Shown here: piece by piece, positions 52,682-64,000 of the stretch
Numbering within the stretch: position 1 is the first letter of the stretch
How the letters are laid out: each line of letters begins with the position of its first letter
Assembly: GCF_963921235.1 (NCBI RefSeq)
Contig: NC_086108.1
Span: 73,720,001-73,784,000 of the forward strand
Length of the DNA: 64,000 bases
Direction: 5' to 3'
Origin: Mobula hypostoma
Taxonomy: Eukaryota
Made by a program: the position numbers and the translations under genes
The notes under the pieces: model-generated
The model's input: only the letters and a program-made list of their open reading frames with translations
Told to the model about the DNA's origin: nothing
Databases searched by the model: none

Positions 52682-53315
52682 AATAATTATTTGCTCTATT
52701 AAGAAAAATGGAAGAACATTCAAATACAGCAAAAAGAAGAACATGTCCCAAAAACACCTTCATACTGTGGGGATAGAAGAAGGAAATACAAGAACATTGT
52801 TGTTTTGAAAACAAACAAGTTCTCAGATTTCGCTGGAAGCCTGCTCATTTAATGGCAATGAGACTCTATTATACCATGACATTATTTGTTTCAAATGAAA
52901 ATTACTTAAAGCCAACAATAAGTCAAAATACCTCATGAATAAAACTCGTCACAATTTTACAGAAGTATTAATAAGAAACATGAACAACAGTCTACCATTT
53001 TATAAGACAGAAAGACACAAAAATTAGTCAACAGTGGTTAATACTTCCATAACAAAAATATACAAGAACACTGAACAGACAACATTAAGTTTGCATTAAT
53101 CTAAACAGGTCAGCACAAGGAGGACCAAAGCAACTTGGTTTTCATTAACGTACACTTATTTACAGATCCAATGACTTCAACTGAGATTCCTCAAGAAGCT
53201 ACATTATCCACAAAATACAACTTAAGTATTCCATTTCCCAAAGAGTCAAGTACAGTTTGTGCATTATTCTGCATACACACAACTAAAAGTGAAATACTGT
53301 TCACTATTGCATTTT

Positions 53316-53365
53316 CATGCAAAAAAGCACATGCAAACATGGAAATTGCAGCTGCAGAACATGCA
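53316..53365 (-). promoter_or_regulatory. Cluster of three UGCAUG (RBFOX-type) intronic splicing motifs downstream of the microexon
   Basis: CATGCA on + at 53316-53321, 53330-53335 and 53360-53365, 36-85 nt into the downstream intron. Confidence 0.75.
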
Positions 53366-53400
53366 ATAAATATGACAGCAACACTTATATTGAGTGTTAC

Positions 53401-53421
53401 CTGTCAGCTCTGTGACCATGG
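53401..53421 (-). CDS. MAST2: MAST2 21-nt frame-preserving microexon, giving ...AR-SHGHRAD-RTDGRR...
   Basis: ttctattttttcgatgcAG|CCATGGTCACAGAGCTGACAG|GTaaca; phase 2-2; resembles the SHGHR-type insert I recall from some vertebrate MAST2 isoforms. Confidence 0.85.
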
Positions 53422-54282
53422 CTGCATCGAAAAAATAGAATTGCATTAATAGCTCGCAAAACAGCAGAATGTAATACAGTCAAGCAAGTTGATGTATTTA
53501 TCAACATTTGTGATAAAGACAACTGAGACTTCTTCATTTCTCAGTATCTATAGACTTTTTTTGCATTAGGTGCTCACGGCAGTGAATTATTTCTAAGGAA
53601 CACACAAGGTACATTTATTGTTTGTTTTTAAGATAGTCCAATTCATTTACAGTAGCCAAAGTAAACCATTGGCTCTATTAAAAAATTAAAAATTTTCAGT
53701 AAGATTCCTTTTCACATGGAATATCTGCTTGACCATATTTAAAATATTTTTTGATATATGAATACACAAATTGTTTTAAAATAATTTTTTGCATCACTGA
53801 GCAGAAATAAATAAGTTGGTGACACAAACAGTGAACTATTTAAGTTTATACCATGTTTCACCCGATAAATGAACAATTACCTTTCCTCTTTTTTATTTTA
53901 CATCATGTTTCTATTACTACCTCCTTCGTGACAAAGTGATCAGGGTTACAAAATGGTAATCTATAGCCCCAACATAATTAGACAATACTTAATGTTTTAG
54001 ACTGCATTATTTAAGCAGAATTGGCAAATGGTATTTGCCATTACCAAGATGAGAGAGTTTTGAAACCAATACAAGAACTGCAGTGAAGTAATAACACCAC
54101 AAGGGTAAAGATTGACTTGTGAAACATATGCATTAAGAAGGCAATGTAATTGAAACAACCCTTTAGTGCAGGCTTTTCTTTGCAGTACATATAAAAGATT
54201 CTCTAAGTTAGGTTCCATAATAATGATTTTGTATCAAAGCTTCACTTATGTAGCAGCTTTAATGAAGTGAACTTCCTAACTT

Positions 54283-55478
54283 AGAACACAGAACACAGAA
54301 TAGTACAGCATACTACAGGCCTTTCGGCCCACAATGTTGTGCCGACCCTCAAACCTGCCTCCCATATAACCCCCCCCACCTTAAATTCCTCCATATACCT
54401 GTCTAGTAGTCTCTTAAACTTCACTAGTGTATCTGCCTCCACCACTGACTCAGGCAGTGCATTCCACGCACCAACCACTCTCTGAGTACAAAACCTTCCT
54501 CTAATATCCCCCTTGAACTTCCCACCCCTTACCTTAAAGCCATGTCCTCTTGTATTGAGCAGTGGTGCCCTGGGGAAGAGGTGCTGGCTGTCCACTCTAT
54601 CTATTCCTCCTATTATCTTGTACACCTCTATCATGTCTCCTCTCATTCTCCTTCTCTCCAGAGAGTAAAGCCCTAGCTCCTTTAATCTCTGATCATAATG
54701 CATACTCTCTAAACCAGGCAGCATCCTGGTAAATCTCCTCTGTACCCTTTCCAATGCCTCCACATCCTTCCTATAGTCAGGCGACCAGAACTGGACACAG
54801 TACTCCAAGTGTGGCCTAGCCAGAGTTTTATAGAGCTGCATCATTACATCGCGACTCTTAAACTCTATCCCTCGACTTATGAAAGCTAACACCCCATAAG
54901 CTTTCTTAACTACCCTATCCACCTGTGAGGCAACTTTCGGGGATCTGTGGACATATACCCCGAGATCCCTCTGTTCCTCCACACTACCAAGTATCCTGCC
55001 ATTTACTTTGTACTCTGCCTTGGAGTTTGTCCTTCCAAAGTGTACCACCTCACACTTCTCCGGGTTGAACTCCATCTGCCACTTCTCAGCCTACTTCTGC
55101 ATCCTATCAATGTCTCTCTGCAATCTTCGACAATCCTCTACACTATCTACAACACCACTAACCTTTGTGTCGTCTGCAAACTTGCCAACCCACCCTTCTG
55201 CCACCAAATCCAGGTCATTAATAAAAATCACGAAAAGTAGAGGTCCCAGAACAGATCCTTGTGGGACACCACTAGTCACAATCCTCCAATCTGAATGTAC
55301 TCCCTCCATCATCACTCTCTGCCTTCTGCAGGCAAGCCAATTCTGAATCCACCTGGCCAAACTTCCCTGGATCCCATGCCTTCTGACTTTCTGAATAAGC
55401 CTACCATGTGGAACCTTGTCAAATGCCTTACTAAAATCCATACAGATCACATCCACTGCACTACCCTCATCTATATGC
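54283..55478 (-). mobile_element. Young 5'-truncated CR1
   Basis: ORFs 55091-55480 (DFSKAFDKVPH, SGVPQGSVLGP, FADD) and 54281-55075 separated by a single stop; (TGTTCTG)-type tail. Confidence 0.95.
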
Positions 55479-56811
55479 AATCTCCAATGATCAAAACAAA
55501 TAATTTTTAAAAAATGAAGAGTGGGTGTAGCATAATTAAAGAGATATGTTTTGAAGAACTTTGTTCTTCAATGTACAAAACAATGTACAAAAGCCAGAAG
55601 TGAATATGATGCATAGAAGAGTACAGTAAGAACAAAGTACAATTAAAGGCAATGTTACAGAAATAAAGTAGATCAAAAAGTGGAGGATTTTCTAAACATG
55701 CATAGAATTCAAGGCTGAGAAATGAGGACGTGTCAGAGGTGGAGTGGTTGGGGAACTGGTGAGGATATGCTGGCAGAAACGATCGAGAATAACCTGAGTT
55801 TCATCAAGTTTTAATTTAGGCACACAATTGTGGATGAAATCTTGTAATCTCAGACGAGATTATATTTTCTTTTTTCATTTGTGGTGTTGTTGTCATTGTG
55901 AGCATCAATTCCTTATCCCTATCCCTCCTTGAAAATGTGGTGGTGAACTATTGCAACTTTCTGGTGAATAATTCTCCTGGTGCTGTTGGGTAGACAGTTA
56001 GGTGCAGTTTTTAAAAACTGAAAGATTGGCAACCTAGATTAGGACTGCATATGTCTTGGAGTGGAATTTGCAGCTAGTACTCTCATCTTTCTTGATTAGC
56101 AGAGTTTGTGGCTTCTGGAGGTGTTGGTGCAGTAGTCTTGACAGCAACTCGCACAGTGTTTTAAAGATGCCACAAATTGCTGCCAGAACATCAGCAGGCA
56201 AATTACTTTACATAAGATACCCAAAATAGTGCAGGGCTTTGTCAACATAAATGTCAATGGATAAATAGTTAGACCTGTTCTTTTGGTACATGATTTCTTT
56301 TCTTTGAATTTTTGTGTAGCAAATGTGACTTATTAGCCTATACTTGAGTGTTGGCCAACTCTTGCTACATGCAAGCACAAACAGCTTCATTTTCTGAGCA
56401 GCGGCACATGGAATTGGACATTGTAATCACTAAGAACAATGCACTCAGCTGACCTCATGATCTAAGCAAGATCTAAGTAAGGAAACAGCTGAAGATGGGC
56501 CAACGAACTAGGACGCTCCCTGAAAGACTCCTGGGTGATGTTTCTGAACTAGAATGATTGAAGTTTTCCGTGAACTTTGATTGCCTTTTCTCAGACAAGG
56601 CTATCAACTTCATTTTAATTGAGGCCCGTAACCCCATATTTGATGACATGCTATCTTGTCGCCAAGGACAATCTTTCTCTCTTACCCCTGGAATCTAGCT
56701 CTTCGGTCCACATATGGACTAAGGCTATAACAAGGTCAGGAACTAACTGAACTTGACAAAATTTTAATTTAGCATTGGTCAGCTAGTCATTAAAGACTAG
56801 GTGCTGCTTCA

Positions 56812-56935
56812 TTAATCTCTGATCATAATCCATACTCTCTAAACCAGGCAGCATCCTGGTAAATCTTCTCTGTACCCTTTCCAATGCTTCCACATCCTTC
56901 CTATAGTGAGGAACAGATTGTGGTCTTCCGGTTAG
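56812..56935 (-). repeat. Inverted copy of the Rex/CR1 junction at 57430-57572
   Basis: Reverse complement reads CTAACCGGAAGACCACAATCTG-TTCCTCACTATAGGAAGG...GAGATTAA. Confidence 0.9.
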
Positions 56936-57124
56936 GCAATACTTTCCATAACTTTGACAATTAAGAGTAGACTAAATGGAATCTTCCCTCTACAATTGCT
57001 TTGAGGTGGTAATTTTTAACAAGATCACCTTAGATACATTTATTTGCATAAGGCAGATTTGTGAGGATGAGGCCAAGGAGCTTCAGCCCTCTTTGGCAGA
57101 CATTTCCTCAGAGTCTGATGAACC

Positions 57125-58995
57125 AGGTAGCACTTACATCGACAGCAATGAAATGATTTGAGAGGTTGGTTATGACTAGACTGAACTCCTGCCTCAGCAA
57201 CGACCTCAACCCATTGCAACTTGCCTATCGCCACAATAGGTCAATGGCAGACACAATCTCAATGGCTCTCCACACGGCTTTAGACCACCTGGACAACACA
57301 AGCACCTATGTCAGGATGCTGTTCATCGACTATAGCTCAGCATTTAATACCGTTATTCCTACAATCCTGATTGAGAAGTTGCAGAACCTGGGCCTCTGTA
57401 CCTCCCTCTGCAATTGGATCCTCGACTTTCTAACCGGAAGACCACAATCTGTGCGGAAGACCACAATCTGTTCCTCACTATAGGAAGGATGTGAAAGCGT
57501 TGGAAAGGGTACAGAGGAGATTTACCAGGATGCTGCCTGGTTTAGAGAGTATGCATTATGATCAGAGATTAAGGGAGCTAGGGCTTTACTCTTTGGAGAG
57601 AAGGAGGATGAGTGGCGACATGATAGCGGTGTACAAGATAATAAGAGGAATAGATAGAATGGATAGCCAGTGCCTCTTCCCCAGGGCACCACTGCTCAAT
57701 ACAAGAGGACATGGCTTTAAGGTAAGGGGTGGGAAGTTCAAGGGAGATTTTAGAGGAAGGTTTTTTTACTCAGAGAGTGGTCAGTGCGTGGAATGCACTG
57801 CCTGAGTCAGTGGTGGAGGCAGATACACTAGTGAAGTTTAAGAGACTACTAGACAGGTATATGGAGGAATTTAAGGTGGGGGGGTTATATGGGAGGCAGG
57901 GTTTGAGGGCCAGCACAACATTGTGGGCCAAAGGGCCTGTAATGTGCTGTACTATTCTATGTTCTATAACATATCCTCCTCGCTGACGATCAACACTGGC
58001 GCACCTCATGGGTGTGTCCTTAGCCCACTGCACTATTCTCTATATACACATGACTGTGTGGCTAGGCATAGCTCAAATACCAGCTATAAATTTGTTGACG
58101 ATACAACCATTATCGGTAGAATCTCAGGTGGTGACGACTGTGCATACAGGAATGAGATATGCCAACTAGTGGAGTGGTGCCGCAGCAACAACCTGGCACT
58201 CAACGTGAGTAAGACAAAAGAGCTGATTGTGGGCTTCAGGAAGGGTAAGACGAAGGAACACATACCAATCCTCATAGAGGGATCAGAAGTGAAGAGAGTG
58301 AGCAGCTTCAAGTTCCCGTGTGTCAAGATCTCTGAGGATCTAAACTGGTCCCAACATATCGACGTAGTTATAAAAGAGGCAAGACAGTGGGATTAGGAAT
58401 TTGAGAAGATTTGGCAGGTCAACAAATGCACCCAAAAACTTCTATAGCTGCACTGTGGAGAGCCTTCTGACAGGCTGCATCACTGCCTGGTGTGGAGGGG
58501 CTACTGCACAGGACCGAAAGAAGCTGCAGAAGTTTGTAAATCTAGTCCGCTCCATCTAGGGTACTAGCCTATAAAAGTACCCAGGACATCTTTAGGGAGC
58601 GGTGTCTCAGAAAGGCAGCGTCCATTATTAAGGACCTCCACAACCCAGGGCATGCCCTTTTCTCATTGTTACCATCAAGTAGGAGGTACAGAAGCCTGAA
58701 GGCACACACTCAGCGATTCAGGAACAGCTTCTTCCCCTCCGCCACCCGATTCCTAAATGGACATTGAATCTTTGGACACTACCTCACTTTTTTTAAAATA
58801 TACAGTATTTCTGTTTTTGCATGATTTTTAAAAATCTATTCAATATACATAATTGATTTACTTGTTTATTATTATTATTTTATTTTATTTATTATTATTT
58901 TGTTTTCTCTGCTAAATGTATTGCAATGAACTGCTGCTAAGTTAACAAATTTCATGTCACATGCCCGTGATAGTACACCTGATTCTGACTCTGAC
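57125..58995 (+). mobile_element. Rex-Babar-type LINE (RT to 3' end) interrupted by a CR1
   Basis: [15 protein letters not shown] (57166-57483); TGAPHGCVLSP, KFVDD, LNVSKTKEL (57923-58396); (TGATTC)-type tail. Confidence 0.92.
57472..57966 (+). mobile_element. CR1 3' fragment nested in the Rex element
   Basis: Nearly identical in reverse complement to about 54290-54780; TTCTATGTTCTA tail. Confidence 0.93.
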
Positions 58996-61524
58996 TTAAT
59001 TTGTGATGGTTCCATTCTTCATTGTGGATACTAAAATTGCCCAACCAAGAATATTTTACGTCTTTGCCTCTTTCTCGGTGCATCTGACAAGTTGTGCTCA
59101 ATGTGCAGGAGCACAGATTCATCAGCTGGAGGTGCTACTTGACATAAGGCTCCCTTGACCAAGTTTGATATGACGCCACAAGACTGAACAGAGACATAAG
59201 AAATTCAGCAGGTACTGGAAATTAGTGTGTCAGCCCAAAACCTCCACTGCTCATTTCCCTTTTATATGCTGCCCGATCTGCTGAGCTCCTTCAGCATTCC
59301 GTCTGAATTGCAATTAGACTTACTGGAGTTTGGAGTTAACATTAAGGCCACTGCGCTCCAAATTCTGCTTGTCAGTAGTATAGAGGACAAAGGAGCAAAT
59401 AGCATATTTTAAACATGTATAAGCTACCTAGGAAAAAAGATATAAATTTGGATTTAATTTGAAGATAAAATATCTTTCGATCCTCAAATTTATTTGTCCG
59501 AACAAGATATTAAACTTACAAATAAACTCAGAGCTGGAAAATACTCAGTTGGGAGAGTGGTTGAGAATACCAAGTATGATGGAAAGGAAGAAACTGAAGT
59601 TAAGATGACAAAACTCTCACAACATGAATAATCATAAAATGCATTCTGCAAATACAAGTCATTCTTTGGTCAGGAGAAAGAAATGTTGTTTTATTTCTCC
59701 CGTTAAGTACAGAAGCAGTAAAGAAACTGCACTGTCTCACCTATTAATGGTTTTTCAATGCACAATAGACATCTTTGAGGCCATTGGCCTAGAGTTGTAT
59801 CAGATAAGGACTTGAACCACAAGACATCAGAAAATAATTATCTGTAGTCAATACAGAAGCTATTTTTCTTCTATCATCATGCTGTAGGACCTCATAAGTG
59901 TTTGACTCATTTTTAAATGCCTGTCGAGCAACTTTAAATAAAGAATATCTGCTGCACGTATTGTAATTGCCGATATTTCAGTAATGAATAAAAGCAACTT
60001 GCAAACATTTCTGACAGTTTTCACTAAGCAGTGCAGTGTAAATAACACGTTATGTCTCCCACAGACCTGTTGTAAGCCTTTCAATCAGGTTTTTCTTAAA
60101 TATTTCAGCTGTTGACTAAAAGTTATAGTGGTACCTATAGAAGCAAAGGGTAGAAACTAGCCTACTATAGTGGAAAGGCCAAAAGTATGATTCGGTTTGA
60201 TTTTTATTTTTAAAATTTTTTATTATTTGTGTTTTTTGTAACATATCAGAAGAATCAAATCCTAATTATGACAAAATTTGCAAAGATGGATATTTCAAAT
60301 TCAAAACTCTCTCACCTGTGTTAAGATGGTTAGTGGGTTTGTTGTCATAGAGAACTATATATAACCCCAAATAATCCTTTAAAAATGTAAACTAATTGTT
60401 GCCTTCTCTTGCCCACAGGAATTGAGATGATGAGTAGAAAGAATACAACTTAAAAAAATGGAATAGCATGCACAAACCCGAGAGAGTTTCTGTCCAATAA
60501 GGCTATTACTTCTAGGACTGCTAGAGCTTTCAACACAGAGATGTTATCTCATCAGATTATCAGTGGATGTGGATCAAAGGCAAGAAATAGAGCAAAGGCA
60601 AAAATTAGACATGATTTCATTTTTAATGTAGCAGGTCGAAGGAATTAAATGCTTAACATCTGAAAGCAAAATCAATTTCTGTAAGAACCTTTGTATCTAC
60701 CATGCTTCAGTTTTGCTCATCAGTCCTTAGTTCCATCGCAACTGAATTTAGATAAAACTGACTAACTTTTCATTTTATTTGCTTATATTTTTTATTCAAA
60801 TTATAAGCTTGCATCTTACCAATACTCCAATTGAAGATAATCCTGTAAAAAATTTCTGTATATCATGATTCCAAAACCCACCAAAACAATTCCAGTCAAT
60901 GACTCCACTACCAATTCTGAAACGTTCCAGTATTCCACCAAATCACACTCTCTGATGTTTTCCCTTTCTTTTCAACTCTTAACTTCACCACGCTGTGATG
61001 AAAGGTCAATAATTCAAAACCTTCACCATTCTCTGATCAAATATTTTCTGACCCAGTAAGTATTGCCAGCAATTCCTGTTTTTATTTTAGAATTGTAATT
61101 TCTGCAATGTAACACTTTTGAGAAGGAATAGATTTGAGTAAGATAACATTAAAGCTTGAAAATTAAAGAGATACAATTATATAAAAACCTGAGAGAACTG
61201 TAATTTTGAAGTCCTTGGGCCACAAATGTATAAAGTACTTTGACATGACACTTAGTTTTTGCACTTCTCAGCTGTTGTACAGATTACTGGAACAATGTAA
61301 TATTGGTAAAGAGATAAGTTCAGGAGAAAAAGAATAATGGAGTCTGAAACTCACTGACTGAAAGGCTGATGGAGGTTGAAAACCATATTTATATTTCAAA
61401 AGAACCTGAATGAGCACTTAAAGATTACCCTGACAGATGGAAAATTGGACTAAGGTAAAATAGCTTTACTTATGGCAGGATTGGACATAATTGTTTGAAT
61501 GCCCATAATAAAATGGTAAATGAT

Positions 61525-62860
61525 AAGATAGACCATAGTCAGCATGCTTTCCTTGCCTGACAAGTCTGTTGGAATTCTTCAAAGAAATAACAAGCAGGAA
61601 GACAAAAGAGAATCAGTTGATGTGTGTACTTGGATTTTCATAAGGTCTTTGACAAGGTGCCACACATGAGAAACATAGAAACATAGAAAATAGGTGCAGG
61701 TGCAGGCCATTCGGCCCTTCGAGCCTGCACCGCCATTCAGTATGATCATGGCTGTTTAACAAGCTATGAGCACATGGCATTACAGTAAAGAGCTTTTTCT
61801 GACTGGCTGCCAGTGACTAGTGGTGTTCCAACAGAGGTCTGTATTGGGACCGATTCTTTTTACTTTATATATCAATGATTTGGATGATGGGCTTGACAGT
61901 TTTGCTGTGAAGTTTGCAGAATATCTGAAGATAGAAGGAGTGGCAGGTAGTTTTGAGAAAGTAGAAAGGCTACAGAAGAGCTTAGATAGACTAGGAGTAT
62001 GGGTAAAGAAATGGTAGATGGAAAACACTGTTGGGAAGTGTATGGTCATGCTCTTTGGCAGAAGAAATGAAAGGGTTTACCATTTTCTGAATGGAGAGAA
62101 AATACATAAAAACAGAGACGCAAGGGATTTGGGAGTCCTTGTGCACGATTCCCTAAAGGATAATTTGCAGGTTGAGTCTGTGGTGAAGAAGGCAAATGCA
62201 ATGTTAGCATTCATTTCAAAGGACTAGAGTATAAAAGCAAGGATGTACTGTTAAGATTTTATAAAGCACTAGTGAGGTCTCACTTGGAGTTTTGAGAGCA
62301 GGTTTGGACCCCTTAGCTTATAAAGTATGTGCTGAAACTGGAGAGGGTTCAATTGAGGTTCATGAAAAAGATTCCAGGATTGACTGGCTTGCCATATGAA
62401 GATTGTTTGATTGCTCTGGGACTGTGTTCACTAGAATTCAGAAGAATGAAGATTGACTTCATTGAAACCTATCAAATGGGGAAAGGCCTAGATAGAGTGG
62501 ATATGAAGATGTTTCCTGTGGTGGGAGGGTCTAAGATCAGAGGACACAGCCTCAGAGTAGAGGGGCATTCTTTCAGAACTGAAATTAGGAGAATTTCTTT
62601 AGCCAGAGAGTGGCAAATCTGTGAAATTGTTTGCCACAGGCAGCTGTGGAGGCCAAGTCTTTATGTATATTTAAGGTACAGTTTGATAGATTTTTGATTG
62701 GCCAAACGTGAAGGGATACGGGGAGAAGGCAGGAGTTTGGGGCTGAGAGGAAAACTTGGATCAGCCATGGTGAAATGACGGAGCACACTCGATGGGCCAA
62801 TTGGCCTAACTCTGCTCCTATATCCTATGGTCTTATAAACGTCTAAGATTCTATGTTTCT
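61525..62860 (+). mobile_element. Decayed CR1 RT and 3' end, with a minus-strand CR1 tail inserted at about 61668-61754
   Basis: SVLGPILFTLYINDLD and LERVQLRF motifs; (AGAAACAT)n tail interrupts the FDKVPH region. Confidence 0.85.
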
Positions 62861-63124
62861 ATATCCACTAAGGATACACTATATCTCCTACTTTATGGCC
62901 TGGAATGAATTTTAAACATAAATATGAACTCTGTTATGGCATTCATCCGTATGTGAGGTTCCAGAAGTACTAGATAATATGATTGTTATAATATTACTAT
63001 TAGGTGACAAAAGACTAGACAACATGACTTTCTGTTTCTACCTTCAGTAGATTTATTATATTATTTTCAACAATGGCACGTTATGTACTAATTGATTGCA
63101 AATGTTAAAAGATGCATTTGGTAA

Positions 63125-63245
63125 GTGTGTGTGTAAATATGTATGTATGTATGTGTGTGTATATATTCTTACAAAACATCCGCATGACACACATACATAT
63201 ACATACACATATACCCCCCCCCCACCGTATATGTACCATATGTAT
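63125..63245. repeat. Imperfect (TG/TATG) and (CA/CATA) microsatellites
   Basis: Seen directly. Confidence 0.8.
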
Positions 63246-63345
63246 CATTCATCTGGTTAATTCCACATGCATCTGTTAAAATTTCATGCAACACCCAGAA
63301 AACTGTTCATGCAATTCCAGTTTAAAATGAAGCAACAAACCTTAC

Positions 63346-63421
63346 CTTCGTGCTGGTATGAATGAAAAATGAGCTGCTGCATTGGGAGAAAAATTCCTTG
63401 GACTGTCGAGGGGACTGCCAC
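63346..63421 (-). CDS. MAST2: MAST2 internal exon (76 nt): [24 protein letters not shown](R)
   Basis: Acceptor tttacccgcAG and donor GTaagg; peptide matches the [15 protein letters not shown]...HFSF motif; ends in phase 2. Confidence 0.93.
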
Positions 63422-63679
63422 CTGCGGGTAAATTGAGAATGCAAAGAGTGAAATTTCACCCAGTTTGAAATACTACATGAATATGTGTTCCCAAGTGATT
63501 TGATCCATAGGATCAATGAACCAGATCAAAACCATTTATGGTTCAATTTCCTAACCGTATGAGGATAACTGGTTTCACCTCAGTTAGCAGAGTTGGATAT
63601 AAGCATGCCTCAGTGCCCTTTTGTCTCTTTGTTAGGATAGGAAAATCCACTGTTCATAGAACACTAAAAATTATAAAAA

Positions 63680-64000
63680 TCAGAAATTCTGCAGATGCTG
63701 GAAACCCAAAGCAATACACACAAAATGCTGGAGGAATTCAGAAAATTAGGCAGCATCTATGGAAATGAATAAGCAGTTGACATTTTGAGATGAGACCCTT
63801 CTTCAGGACTGGAAAGGAAGGGGGAAGACACCAGAATAAAATGCCGGGGGTGGGGTGGGGGAGGAGGATAGCTAGAAGGTGACAGGTGAAGCCATGTGGA
63901 CAGGAGAGGTAAAGGGCTAGAGAGGAAGGCATTTGATAAGAGAAAAGACAGAAGACCATAGGAGAAAGGGAAGGAGGAGGCGACCCAGGGGAGGTGATAG
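63680..64000 (-). mobile_element. PLE terminal repeat, cut by the window edge, with degenerate hammerhead
   Basis: Similarity to 25400-25740; CTGAAGA...AAAATGTC core with GAAA mutated. Confidence 0.85.

Noticed and set aside
63322..63516. 64-aa minus-strand ORF
   Set aside because: Wrong frame over the 63346-63421 exon

Overview
Eukaryotic (vertebrate) intronic DNA. The repeat content (Penelope-like, CR1, Rex-Babar, L1, hAT) suggests a cartilaginous fish, probably a ray; this is inference. The window holds an internal part of a MAST2 kinase gene on the minus strand: seven GT-AG exons that splice into one continuous frame (63421-63346, a 21-nt microexon at 53421-53401, 43069-42991, 32359-32205, 16849-16774, 12625-12416, 3138-3037), encoding the pre-kinase DUF1908 region. 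The introns are dense with nested transposons: Penelope-like elements carrying minimal hammerhead ribozymes and inverted ends, a decayed full-length L1, CR1, Rex-Babar and RTE fragments, a solo LTR, and hAT, Tc1, Tigger and Harbinger elements. Most notable: the microexon with three downstream UGCAUG motifs; intact hammerhead cores on the pre-mRNA strand plus miniature TSD-flanked derivatives; an unexplained 81-nt hairpin; an inverted copy of a LINE-into-LINE junction; and a young RTE insertion. No prokaryotic system or CRISPR array is present. Family names are from recalled motifs, not database searches.
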